From Callorhinchus milii (Eukaryota), in the NCBI RefSeq assembly GCF_018977255.1, contig NW_024704742.1, positions 9,488,001-9,552,000 on the forward strand: a stretch of DNA of 64,000 nt, written 5' to 3'. Below the pieces are notes generated by a model that was not told the origin of the DNA, did not search any database, and saw only the letters and a list, made by a program, of their open reading frames with translations. The stretch's first letter is position 1, and every line of letters begins with the position of its first letter. The position numbers and the translations under genes were made by a program. Positions 13,096 through 26,000 of the stretch are shown here, in pieces.

Positions 13096-13510
13096 AATAA
13101 TAATAATAACATTCCTTGCATTTGATATAGCGTCTTATCATGTCTTCGAGACATCTCAAAACGCTTCACAGAATATATTGTAAAGTGAATTGACTGTATA
13201 TTTGTGGGAGAATCGTGGCAGCCAATTGTGCACAGCAGTGTCCCACAAACAGTTGTGGATTGAGTGACCAAATTATTATTGTTTATTTTGAGGTATTATT
13301 GTCCCCGGAAAGCAATCCGCCAATCGACTAACAACCGGGTTCATTACTGCTAGGTAAACAGAGGCATGTGGAGTAAGGAAACTTGCCCAATGTTTTGCAA
13401 ACCTGGCTGACACCCCCAAAATTTTTGAATTCACAAATCAAACACTTGGGGAACGTCCGGGAATCAAACCCAGGTCCACTCGCTTGCGAGGAGAGTGCTG
13501 TAAACACCCA
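13096..13510 (-). mobile_element. SINE family A with an extra ~40-bp insert near the head
   Basis: Standard body plus a segment at 13399-13437 identical to 12896-12934. Confidence 0.8.
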
Positions 13511-14309
13511 CAAAGAGACAATGGTAACCTTAAAAGATGGTACTGTCCCTTCCAGTAATGTCACTGGAAGTCTGTGCTTTTACAGCTTTCTCCACACACT
13601 CAGAGGTTCAATTATCCATCTCTGCATGTTGCAATACAGTGCAATTCCTGTTTGCCTCACATGTGAACGACTCAAGAGTCTATGACACAGTATAAATGTT
13701 GAGCGGTGATGGCTCATTGAGTCTTGATATTTAGCTGTGTTTTTTTTAATTTGTGTGCTTTCTTGCGAGATGTGACTTGAGTTTGCATCTGTAAGAGTGG
13801 GGTGGATAATTATTTGGGGCAGACAAGTTTGGGGGAGTGGGATTGATTTGGATAGCTCTTTTCAAAAGCTAGCACAGCCACGATGGGCCGAATGGCCTCC
13901 CCTGTATAATTCTATGATTCTATGATTCTAGTCTACTCTGGTCTTGAAACCAAATGATTAGATTAGATACGGGATGAAACCCTGCCAAGGGCCGGCCAGA
14001 GACACATGTATCACAGGCTGAGATGCTATACCTCCTGAAGCAGAATGAATGGATGGAAAGTGTTGGAGATTATTTACAATGCGAGAGGGTTCCACAGTGT
14101 TTGCCTTGTCAGGCAGAGACGAGGCTCCTTTTCTGCGTATCTAGGTTTTTGTTGGCTGTCTGTCCAGGTTTTATTTGAACTATCTGAATTATGTTCTTTT
14201 TCTGGTTGGAAGTTTTGAATCTCGTCCAGTGGTTTGGTCTCTGTCTTGAAATGGAATGGGATGGTTGCTAACCCAGCCTGCTGTGAGAAAGTACTTTTTC
14301 CCACTCCCC

Positions 14310-14760
14310 CAATAATAATCCCTCCAAAAAAAAAAACAATAATTAAATTGGTCATTTTCAATCTACGACTGTTTGTGGGACATTGCTGTGCGCAATTGGC
14401 TGCCGCGTTCGCCCACAAATATACAGTCAATTCACTTTACAGTGTGTTCTGTGAAGCGCTTTGGGACGTCCTCCCGACGTGAAAAGCGCTATATCAAATG
14501 CAAGGATTATTATTATTATTATTTTTAAAGTACTTGTTTGGCAGATGATCCCTTCAACAATAATAATTCCTTAAAGAAAAATAACTTGGTCACTTCAATC
14601 CATGACTGCTTTTTGGGACCCTGCTGTGTGCAATTGGCTGCCTCGTTTTGCCCACAAAATATAGTCAATTCAGTATATTCTGTGAAGCACTTTGAGACGC
14701 CTTGAAGACGTGATAAGGCCCTATATCAAATGCAAGGATTATTATTATTATTATTATTAT
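14310..14760 (+). mobile_element. Two tandem 5'-truncated SINE family A copies
   Basis: Two Deu-plus-tail units ending in (tta)n at ~14522 and ~14760. Confidence 0.82.
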
Positions 14761-15345
14761 CTCGGTGGAACCCAATATGCCATTGTACTCTTAGAGTTGT
14801 AGCGTCTTCCCAGAGAATAACAATAACTTGTAGCACCCTCCAGATAGAGTAATGTTTGTAGTGCTTGACATAGATAAGGTTGGACTGAGCAAGAGGGAGA
14901 GGAAGGTGGCAATAGGCATATTCAGAGAGGGAGTATTTGAGATTAAACATAAAGACAGAAGGGGAGGGGGTAGGGAGGAGTTGGTGAAACAGAGTGGTAG
15001 ACTGAAGGAGATCCAAAGATTCTGTACAATTAAGAACTGGGTTGTGACAGCCACATTTATGCCATGTTGGACCGTTTAAACCAGCGTATGAACCCAAGTC
15101 TCAATTGGAAAGGATAGTGTGTGAATCCATTGCACTACCCAGAGTCACTGCAGTGTATAAATTTTAAATTTCATTCCCAAATGGTGCAATGTCAGCCAGA
15201 CTATTTAGCCAGCAATCAATCATGCATGCCTCCTTGAATATGCTGCTCCTATTATCGTGAGTGTTTTGTTAGCTCTGAATCTGCTGAATGTGTAATCTTA
15301 GTCTCTGAAGATAGACATTTCAGTTTCTTGTCCTTAGTATTATAA

Positions 15346-15530
15346 TGTGTGGGTGTGTGCGCATCCTGTTGTGTGTATGTGTGCATGTTGTTGTGTGTGT
15401 GTGTATGCTGTTTTGTGTGTGTATCCTGATTTGTGTATGTACACATTTTTGTGTGTATGTGTGTGCACATTGTTTTGTGTGTGCACGCACACTGTTGTGT
15501 GTGTGAGCGCACTGTACTGTGCACACACTG
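15346..15530. repeat. Degenerate (TG)n-rich microsatellite
   Basis: Interrupted tgtgtg runs. Confidence 0.9.
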
Positions 15531-17227
15531 TAGGTCTCTAAGGATGAGGGCTACATAAGCAGTTTATGAATCACACCAGTGGTATATATCACCAGCAAAG
15601 GAGAGTGTTTTAGAGTCTATGATGGATTTCTGTTGGTATGGGAATGTGTTGGTTGTCCATGATGACTCTTACTAACTTTTCATTTCCAATGTTGGTCATC
15701 ATGGCCCTGTATCCATTTCCCTGGTAGTCAAGTGGTAGCTACCTACACTTCTGCCTCAACCCAGTGGAGTTATGCATTTTAGTCATAGCCTGATTTTTCT
15801 TTCTGTCCTTCTTTATGGGATGATTTAAAACTGGTCCAATTTAATCCAGATGTAATTCTCTTGAAAATCCTGCCATGATTGTTGGTTGTAATAAGCACAG
15901 TTGAATTTGTGATGCTTTTGTGTCATCCAGAACTTCTTAAGTTCTTATGATTACATTTCACCGAGCTCATTCGAGTGAAATTAATTCCTGGATTAGGGAT
16001 GATGTTTCCAGAATCAGAGTTACATTTTAGGAATGCTATTAAATCTCAGACCAGCATGTAACCCAATGATACTAAATTTAATCTTCTCCACCTAAATATG
16101 TTGTGTGATCAATTTGAAGTAATCCTAATGCAAACTGATGCTTCGACCCAATAAGTGTAACCTTAAGAGAACTTTGAGGTTGGGCAATATTTGGTTTACA
16201 ATAAAAGTGACCGCTTTATCTATATTTTCTCTCACATCTCAAATTCTCTGCTTGTCGTCGCTCAAGCTCAATCCTCCACAAACTCCAGAATATACAGAAC
16301 TCTCCGTCACCACCATCCTTGCCTGCTTCCACTCTCTCTCACTCTCTCTCTCTTTCAAGCAATCACTCAACATTGAGATCCTCATCCTCTCTCCTCACCT
16401 CCAAGTACTTCAACAGCCCAGAACCACCCCATCTCTGATCACCTGCAACCCAACTCTCCCGGCCACTCCTCCACTCTGTCAACTTGGGTTTGTTTCATTT
16501 TTTGACCTCCCCGCTCTCTCCCATACCCAGCATCCACCCACCCACTCTCCTCCACCCTTCAGCCACTGTATCAGCAGTCTTTCAAGAGTAGCTTTCCAAA
16601 TTGAGTTTGCTGGGCTGGTTGGGTTAGCTAAGCTGGGCCATGTTAGATTTGTTATAGACTACAGTACTTGTAAACATAATTAGTTTTCCTCAGCTTCTAA
16701 GTGTTTTTTAGAGCAGGTTTATTGAATAGTTCATTCATTTCCGCCCCCCCCACCGCCCCCCCCCCACTTCCTCCCTCCCCAATCTATATATCCTCAAGCG
16801 ACTAGAGGCTTGTCATAAATACTAATCTTCCTCTCACACTACAGGCATGATCGTCTCTTTCTACACCGAGTGGGAATTTATTTTGTTTGGAGCAATTACT
16901 TTAATTAGAATTTTAAATTGGAGCTAAACGATGACACGTCGAAAGCAAATGTTAATGTGCCATTTGTCACCCTAGAAGCTATTGCAATTTCACACAAATA
17001 ACCCTCGCCCAGACACGACTCTCATATCTTCCCTCTTCATTTGTCTGGGACATTCTGAGCATCACTGCCTTGTGTACAAATCTAACCCCTCGGTTCAGTG
17101 CATCTTCCCTAAGGTGCACCTCACATATCCAGTGTGCCTGCAGGTTCAGTCTACAAACTCATCCACAAACCCATTCGTTCAGCCTTACACATGGCCTGAA
17201 ATCTCATGATGTTTGCTAATTAAGCTT

Positions 17228-17572
17228 ATAATAATAATAATAATCCTTGCATTTAATATAGCACCTTATCACGTCTTCGAGGCGTCTCAAAGCGCTTCAC
17301 AGAATATACTGTACAGTGAATGAATTGACTGTATATTTTGTGGGCGAAATGCGGCAATCAATTGCACTGAAATAGTTGTGGATTAAGTGACCAAATTATT
17401 ATTTTTTAAAAAATTTATACATTTTGAAGGAATTATTATACCGGGAAAAGTAATCCGCTAATCAACTAACAACTGGGTTCCTACTTATTGCTAGGTAAAC
17501 ACAAGCATGTATATGGAGAAAGAAAACTTGCCCAATGTTTCACCCAGCCTGGGAATCAAACCCAAGTCCTCT
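17228..17572 (-). mobile_element. SINE family A
   Basis: Body and tail on the minus strand; head truncated. Confidence 0.85.
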
Positions 17573-17576
17573 GCTA

Positions 17577-17675
17577 AGAACTGTGGAGAACTTTAAATTC
17601 AATTCTAATTTAGAAGATGGTTTCTTGTTAAGAACTATGGCTTCCAAATCTAAACTGAATTTAAGATTTTCCCAG
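17577..17675. repeat. Short palindromic dispersed repeat (MITE-like)
   Basis: Arms agaactgtggagaactttaaattcaattctaatttagaag and cttccaaatctaaactgaatttaagattttccc; same family as 60535-60646. Confidence 0.55.
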
Positions 17676-17936
17676 AGGCTGATGTCCTGAGGATCTATAT
17701 TGACACAGTCTCCTCTGCCCCTCCATCCCCTCTATCTCTGTCTTTTTCCATCTCCTCCATCTCCCTTTCACAAGGTTTGAATGTCAAGGTTATGAAAAGA
17801 GATTTGCTAGTTCCTTTCTCTTTGTTTTCCAATTCTCTTCTCCTGAAAGCCTGACTGATGATATTTTCATAGAATGATAGGGCACAGAGGGAGGCCATTC
17901 GGCCCATCGTATCTGTGCCAGCTCTTTGAAAAAACC

Positions 17937-18260
17937 CATCCTGTAGCTCAGTGGTTAGAGCACTCGCTTTGCAAGCGAGAGACCTGAGTTCAATTCCAGG
18001 CAGAGGGCGAAACCTTGGGCAAGTTTCCTTACTCCACACAGAGCCTAATAATAATCCCTCCAAAACTAAAAACAATAATAAATTGGTCATTTTCAATCTA
18101 CGACTGTTTGTGGGACATTGCTGTGCGCAATTCGCTGCCGCGTTCGTCCACGAATATACAGTCAATTCACTTTACAGTGTGTTCTGTGAAGCGCTTTAGG
18201 ACATCCTCCCGACGTGAAAAGCGCTATAACAAATGCAAGGATTATTATTATTATTATTAT
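17937..18260 (+). mobile_element. SINE family A, short subfamily, full length
   Basis: Lacks the acctagcagtaagtaggaacc block; near identical to 62947-63262. Confidence 0.88.
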
Positions 18261-19892
18261 CCAAATCAATCCCACTCCCCCGCTCGCTCACCCTAGGCCC
18301 TGGAAACTTGTCCTCCCCAATTTTGTTCTGCAGATTTTGGTAGCCCTTTCGTTACTTTACCTAAAGGGTCATTCACATGTAATCCCAGACATCAAGTATC
18401 ATTGGGTTATTCCATCCTGCTCTTTACCATTCTTTGTCCTTATTTAACAAGGTCACAGATAGACTTTCCAACCAGGCTCCTGGTACCAATCCGGGCCAGA
18501 AAATCAGCTTTATTGTTGTTATTTCTTCTCGGACCCAGAGGTGTTGAGGCAACCCGCCATTCCCTGCCTGACTGAGAGAGATAACAAAATAAACAGTCGA
18601 ACCACCTTACAATATATTCTGTGAAGCGCTTCGAGACACCTTGATGACGTGTTAAGGCGCTATATCAAATGCAAGGATTATTATTATTATTACTCGGCAC
18701 AGAATCGGAATCATGACCAGACAGTGGCTTCAGCAACTGAGCCATCAGGGCAGGTTATAGACACAAAATCATGGCATTAAAGAGGCAAATTTGATATGAA
18801 TTTGGTAAGCTGGCTATTTTTTAAAAGATGCGGAAAACTGACTTCCAAATTAGGACTGAATTTAGGAATCTGTCACAATTTCATCTTAAAATTCTCAAAT
18901 TTGAAGATGAAATGGTCTCACGGGCTAAGAGGAGGTGGAATTTCAGGCATTTAATTCTCGCCAATCTGAAGATTGGCGCAGCCTCAGTTTTAAAGCAGTG
19001 GAATAAAACCAAAGCGATTTACATCTAGTGATGTCTGCAAACCACAGGAATGCAGTGTCATTTGAAATGACGGGCATTATGTTACTGAGCCAGTACTGGT
19101 CTCTTCCTTCCTGAAGCACAAGCAATAAAGAAGTGGGGGTCAGGGTGGGTGGTGGTGGGGAGGGGGGGGGGAGGGGGAGAGGGGGAAGGGTGGCATTACC
19201 AAACACCATTTCAGGAAGGCATTAGCCTTTTGAATCCTATTATTTTGTGACAAGAACCCCTGCTTTCCCCTCCCTGCAATGAAGTGCAAAGATGTAAGGC
19301 TTTTTCCTAATAGGTACTGTAGAGTGAAATGTGATTTACTGCTTTCTGAAAATCAATAGGGAGTTTTAGTCATAGGTTCCTGGAAATGCTTGCACCATTG
19401 CTGGTGCATGTGACCAATATTGCAGTGAAATGATTATTATTATTACTCAGCACTTTGGGATGTCCTCCCAACGTGAAAGGCGCTCTATAAATGTAATTTT
19501 GATGTTGTTGTTACCTTGGAATATTCTGCACATTCTATGTTTATGAATATGTATTTGCTCAGTGTTTACAGCTATCAGTTGCTGATCTGGGTCCTTCACA
19601 CCCACCAAATATTTGCCACCAAATGACTGAAGTGACCTTGTATACCTTAAAAGCTTTGGGGGCAATGTGGCACAGAGACATAAATGCAAGGCTCATGTAA
19701 CCCTCCTCACTGATCTCACAACAGCAAGTTGCCATCAGCTAGGAGACAACACGGAGAAAGGGGAGTGTAGAATTGGAAGAGAGAGCCTGCTCGCCCAACC
19801 ATGCTGTCCTGGTCAGAGGAAGTACATGATGTGGATGGAACAACTCAGGGAAAAATGACTCCAGAAGAGGTTCTCCCTATCATTAAAAAACA

Positions 19893-20512
19893 GCTGTCAG
19901 CCTGACTCAGTTGGCAGCATTCTCATCTTTCAGTCAGAAGGTTGTAGGTTCAAGCTCGCGGTTGGCACATTGAACTCAGAGTCTCGTCAGACACTCCCAT
20001 ATAGTACTACGGGCGTGCTGCGTTGTCAGAAATGCCTTCTTTTGGATCAGACGTTAAACCGAGGTCCCGTCTGCCTATCCAGGTGGATGCTAAAAAATCC
20101 ATGACACTGTTCAAAAAGAGAAGGGAGTTTGTCCTGGCCAACAATCTCATAGATAAAATTTGTCACTCACTCTGAAAGGCTGGAGAAAACAGATTCAATA
20201 ACAACTTTCAAAAGGGAATTAGATAGGTACTTGAAAAGGAAAAAATGACAGTGGTATGGGTAAAGAATGGGGTGGGACTGATTGGGTAGCTCTTTCAAAG
20301 AGCTGGCACAGGCACGATGGGCCAAATAGCCTCCTTCTGTGCTGTAATATTCTATGATTCTATGATTCATGGGACATTGATGAGTGTAAAATTGACTGAG
20401 GCATTCACCAACAAAATAAACAGTCACTACATGTTGCAGTAAATCCTCTGAAGTGCTTTGAGATGTCCTCCCAACTTGAAAAGTGCTATATCAAATGCAA
20501 GAATTATTATTA
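19893..20512 (+). mobile_element. SacSINE1-like DeuSINE interrupted by a CR1 3' end (~20170-20368)
   Basis: Head ctcagttggcagcattctc...tcagaaggttgtaggttcaag; body gacgttaaaccgaggtcccgtctgcc; CR1 attctatg tail inside. Confidence 0.78.
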
Positions 20513-21747
20513 TCCTTGCAAACTGGGACGAGGATAGCTAAGAGTGTTTCTGTAGGGGCTGGGGGTGGGGGGGAGTGAGTAATGACATGAGAAAATTTAT
20601 AACAGTTATATAACAGTTTGCCAACAAGATGAAACTTTTCGCTTCCGAGGTTTTGAACACATGAATTTTTTTATTAATAAAAAGGCATTATTTAAATTTA
20701 AATTTTGATTTCAATGTTAATTTCAATGAGCAAAGTACTTAGCTTCTGTGCCATGGAATGACACTGCTCATGAGTGAAGAACACGTGGGATATTAATCTG
20801 CAGATGTTCTGGGGAGCAGTGGCAGATGTGCTTGTGATGTCACTAATACAGAAGCTGGGTATAAATGGCTTTCAGGTATCCCTGTAACTGAAGCGATTAA
20901 AGAAAGCTCTGTTTTGGCTACTTGAAAGGTTCTAAATATTGACTTCTTACAAATTAAGGCGAATTCAGGCCTTTTCCTATTCATCACAAGATCTTGTGTC
21001 ATGTTTCAGTGGCGCATTGCTCTGAACCACCTGTCCCGATGTTAGAACTGATCCATTTGCAATTTGAGGGACTTGCACTGAAATTGAGACATTTTGCTTA
21101 TCATGTTTTGTGTTGCAAACCACTTTGTCTTTCTTTCCGTCAAGCCTGTCATGATCACCTGTTTAATGGGAGTCATTCACTTATGCAGTACAGTTTCCAT
21201 TTATATAACATCTTGCGGGACGCTGCTGTGCACAATTGGCTGCCGCATTTCGCTCACAAAATATACAGTAAATTTATTTTACAGTATATTCTGTGAAGCA
21301 CTTTGAGACATTTCAACAACATTATAAGGCTTTCATAAAGGGAAGAGCCCTCGAGGCGCTTAACTGTGTTGGATGGGAACCCGAGCTGGGAGTGGCCTGT
21401 CATTCCAGGTGGACATGAAGGCTTATGTATTTAAGGATAAACCAGATATATGCATAAAGGAAAAAGGAGTAGAGGGGTATAGGAGGGGTGGACGTTCATA
21501 TAATGTATAAACATAACATATCCTTCATCCCAAGGATTAGTTGGGATGAATTGTCTATTTCCGTGCTGTACATTACATTCTATGTAACTGCGTAAATGTA
21601 AATAGTTAATGGTGGTACTGTGCAGTGCTATTCTAACTTCAATGTTCTAGATGCTATGTCAAGAACAAAGATTATTATTGATGTTACCTTGTTTGTTTGT
21701 TTTACGGAGTAGACCATTGACCTATAGCCCAACCCTTTGTCTTACAG

Positions 21748-21925
21748 GTAAGGCTCCTGAAATCAAAAAGATGTCAGTACATCAAGTGAAGAATGAAGGC
21801 ATGAAGTTTGTATTGAAATGTGAAACCATTTCCGGATCCCCAAATCCCACCTTCAAGTGGTTTAAGGATGGTGACGAGCTGATCAATGGAGAATCTGACA
21901 ACATCAAGATTAAGAAAAAGAGAAA
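21748..21925 (+). CDS. NRG1: Neuregulin-1 Ig-like domain, first exon (internal, phase 1 to phase 2)
   Basis: Acceptor ctttgtcttacag| and donor AA|gtaagt. The 178 nt encode KAPEIKKMSVHQVKNEGMKFVLKCETISGSPNPTFKWFKDGDELINGESDNIKIKKKRK, with the Ig motif VLxCE...FKWFKxG. Size and phases match the human NRG1 178-nt Ig exon as I recall it. Confidence 0.93.
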
Positions 21926-21967
21926 GTAAGTTTACTTCTGAAAGGGATATTAGTCATGGGTGTATGT

Positions 21968-22640
21968 GGAGTCCTGTAGCTCAGTGGTTAGAGCACTCGC
22001 TTTGCAAACGAGAGACCTGGGTTCGATTCCCGGGAGAGTGAAATCTTGGGCAAGTTTCCTTACTCCACACGCCTGATAATAATCCCTCAAGAAAATAAAC
22101 CAATAATAAATTGGTCACTTCAAACCACGACTGTTTGTGGGACATTGCTGTGTGCAATTGGCACCCGCATTTCGCCCTCAAATATACAGTCAATTCACTT
22201 TACAGTCTATTCTATGAAGCACTTTGAGATGTCTAGAAGACGTGAAAAACACTATATCAAATGCAAGGATTATTATTATTATTACTATGTTGTGGTTAGA
22301 GTGCTCGCCTCGCCAACAAAAGACCTGGGTTTGATTCCCGACAGGGCAAAATGTTGGGCAAGTTTCCCTACTCCACACGCCTCTGTTTACCTAGCAGTAA
22401 GTAGGAACCCAGATGTTAGTCGATTGACAGATTGCTTTTCCGGGGGTAATAATTCCTCCAAAAAAAATAATAAGAAGAAATTGGTCACTCTGTTTGTGGG
22501 ACGCTGCTGTGCACAATTGGCTGCCACGTTTTGCCCACAAAATATGGTCAGTTCACTTTAGAGTATATTCTGTGAAGCGCTTTGAAACGTCTCAAAGACG
22601 TGATAAGGCGTTATATCAAATGCAAGGATTATTATTATTA
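21968..22640 (+). mobile_element. Two tandem SINE family A copies starting ~45 bp after the first Ig exon
   Basis: Short-type copy 21968-22286 followed by long-type copy 22293-22640; tatgttg flanks the second (possible TSD). Confidence 0.87.
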
Positions 22641-23485
22641 TGTTGAGTAAATGACCGTGTGTTGTGAGAATGGTATTAGTGAATACATAACCAGGGTGTG
22701 TTGTAAGGATGGTAGAGTCGCAATGAACTGGGAGATTGCTGTATGAATATTACTGCTGCATGGATTTAAATTCTTCACTCAGACAATAACTTTAACATTA
22801 GCACACTCATTAACATTTTCTGCAAAAGAGGAAATTCTTCAACCCATGTCTGTGTCAGTGCTCTGCAACTTTTTATTAATCCCACCTTCTTACTTTTCCC
22901 CTGTATCGCACATTGAATTTACTTCTCAGTTAGATGTATTCCATCAACAAAAAAATCATGCGTCATTTGCATGCCTCTCCACTTCTGTCCCACAGCTCTA
23001 TTTAAGCCTAGATTTCAGATTGACAGAAGCTGAAATCCTCTGTGTCTGTGTCACCTCCCCTTTCCCCACAGCTCTGCACCACATTTCTCTCAAGCTTTAA
23101 TATTAAACCAGGTGCCGAATAAAACTAAACTCTTTCTTTCCTCCCAGTGCACCAATAATCCAGTGTACATTCATCTCCTGCAGTCACTGGGAAATACAAC
23201 TTTTATGAGCCTCTATGGACTATTCCCTTAAGACCATATGACTGCAGTCTAACCATTGCTTCATCTAACTCTGTTGTGTTCCTTAAATTGCTCTAAGGTA
23301 TCCTCTGGTGTAAAGACCAAAAAAACTATTAGAGTCAATTTCGGAGCAGGCTGTTCTCACCAGGTGCTGTGTGTTTCTGCTGAATTTCTTTCTTCTTTCA
23401 TGAGCTTTCGGTCACCTCCTGGTGGGTCAAATCACACTGTTATAAACCGCTCAAAGACGCTACTTGTTTGAGACGCATTATACAA

Positions 23486-26000
23486 CAACAACAACAACTT
23501 GCACTTATATAGTGCCCTCCATGCAGGGTAGCATCTCAGAGCCCATAACGGTGGTGTAGCCTGACTCTGAGCCGAGGGCAGGTTGGAGGTGGCCATTAGC
23601 ACTGTCGAACAAAAAGTTTTCAGGTTGGATTTAAAGGAGGGGACAGAGGGAGCGAGGTATTGGGATTGAGGGAGAATGTTCTAAAATTTTCGGATATAGT
23701 GGCTGAAAGCACGATCTCTGATGGTGAGGCAGAGGGTGTGAGGGATGAGCAGGAGGCCAGTGCCAGTCGAGCAGAGGCACCGGGTGGTGGTTTGGGGAGT
23801 GAGGAGGTCGGAGAGGTGCCAGGGAGTGAATGGATTTGAACACGAGAGTGAGGATCTTGAAGTTGATCCATTTGGTGATGGGGAGCAGGTGGAGCCTGGG
23901 CCAGAACTGGTGAGATGTGGGTATGGAGTTCGGTCCGGGTCAGTATGTAGGCGGCAACGTTTTGAATGAGCTGATCTTGTGAATGGTGGAGCTGGGGAAA
24001 CCGACGAGATGTGCGTTGGAGTAATCCAAGCGGGAGGTGACAAATGCATGCACAAGGGTTTCAGCTGCATTTGTGGGTAAGGTACAGTCAGAGGCGGGCA
24101 GTGTGGCGGATGTGCACGAAAGCAGTCCTAGTCAGGGACCGGATGTGGGGGAGGAAGGACAGTTGGGGGCGCACTGGTTCGGTGAATCTGAGAAAGAGCC
24201 CAGGGTGGTTGAGGCGTTTACATCAGCAGGAGTGAAGATGTTGACAGGAGCCGAGGAGTATGGCTCCCGTCTTGTCCCTATTCAGCTACAGGAAGTTTAC
24301 AGTCATCCAGGCCTTGAGGTCTGCCAGACAAGCTGATAGAACATCGGTGGACCCGGAGTTGGTACTGGAGGGGGCAAAGTAGATTAGAGGGCTTGAGGAG
24401 GTGCACGAACGGGGTGATGGATGGTGGAAAACAGCGTTATTGGATTATTGCCTCCAAGGTGGCTTTGAAGTAAAAGTCAGTTTGGGCCTGTGAAAGGGAG
24501 AAGTGGTAGGTGCGGAGGTGCTCGAGCCACAGCTGGCGGTGAATCATGAGGCCAGATTTCTGCCATCTATGCTTGAGCATCTGGGTTTGTGTTTTGAGTG
24601 AGTGGAGATGACTGTTGTACCAGGGGGAGCGGGTGGGTTTGGAAACAACCCTGGATTTCAGGGGAGACAAGGAATTAAAGGTTGTGGAGAGACGGTCTTT
24701 CAGCAGCTTGATGCTGCATCAGGATCGCTGCGGGTGGAGGGCCAGAGGGAGAGGAGGTCCGACAAAGAGAGGGTATTTGTGAGGGACTCAGGGGGAAGCT
24801 TTTTTCAGTGGCGGAAAGAAATGAGGGAGGGTTTGGAAGAGGGGAGGGGAATGCGGGAGGAGAAGGAGATGAGGAAGTGGTCCGAGATGGCCTTGTCTGT
24901 GATTAACAGGTCAGAAATGTCAAGGTTGAGGGGGTGGCCACGGTTGTGGGTCTGTGAGTTAATGTGGAGGGTAAGGCTTAGAGAGGAGAGGAGGGCAGTG
25001 AAATCCGAGGAGGTAATGCAAGGAGAGTTTAGGTGGAGGTTGAAATCACCCATTATAACCAGGTGTTCAGTACAGAGGGACAGGGATGAGAAGAGAGAGG
25101 AGACATCAGAGAGGAAGGAGCCAGGAGGTTTGGGGGGGAGCAATGAACTTGGAGGATTTTGAAGGAGAGAGAGCAGGGATGGTAGAGGATGAGGTACTCA
25201 AAGGAGGAGAAACAGCCAGAGGAATAGGGGGATAGACCAAGGGAAGCCTGGGAGATGAGGGCCACCCCACCGCCATGTTGCCTGGGGTGAGGAGTGTGGC
25301 GAAAGGTGCAGCCAGGATGGAAGGCATCAACGAGAGGAACGGGGTTACTGGGGGAGAGCCAGGTTTCTGTAAGCCCAAGAATATCAATGTGCTCATCCAG
25401 GATGAGGTCATGGATAGTTAGGGCTTTGTTGGAGAGGAGTGGACATTTTGGAGGGAGATACGGATAGGTTTGCTGGTGGGGGTCAGTGATGGGGAGAGTG
25501 GTATAAAGAGGATTTGAGGTCATGGGGAGAAGTAACCATGGAGTTTGAGGAGGGAGTAGTGTTGGAGAGGGTATGGATAAGGGAGGGTTAAAGGCTGTTT
25601 GCCTGTCAATGGCGGTTGCTGCAGAGAGAGTGAGCGATGGGACAGTTGGGGTGGCTGTTCTGGGACAACCAACAATGGGAGCCTGGCGAAGGATGCCCAG
25701 GCTGGAGCAGAGAGAGGTGATGGTGGAGTCTAAGAGAGAGAGGAGGCGAGGAGGGTGATGGGAGAGAAACACCAAGTGGGAGTAACGAAATGTGAGGGGG
25801 TGGGAGCAGGAATATTTTCAGGGGCCCGGTTCAGGGCGGCAGCCAAAACGTACATGCAGAGAGCGGGAGCGAGTGATCAGTGGGGCAGCATCAGCCTGCG
25901 GCCCACAGGAGACAGCGCGGGGGATGGAGAGGAGGGATGGCGGTCATGGCTTAGGTGCCAGAGACTGGAGGGAAGGGAGGAAAAGGTAGCAGAAGGATAG
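23486..26000 (-). mobile_element. Internally deleted, degenerate L2 LINE
   Basis: Minus strand has AP-endonuclease motifs (IDILGLTETWL, GGGVAL, VIMGDFNLH, ISDHFLI), then SPWY, then the post-RT region (LADLKAWM..NFL*LNRDKT), the L2 tail and (gtt)n. Frameshifts and stops throughout. Confidence 0.85.

Noticed and set aside
15252..15541. His/Thr- and Cys/Val-rich ORFs (also 61309-61576)
   Set aside because: Translations of (CA/TG)n microsatellites.
21651..21747. N-terminal part of the 92-aa ORF before the Ig exon
   Set aside because: Intronic sequence upstream of the splice acceptor.
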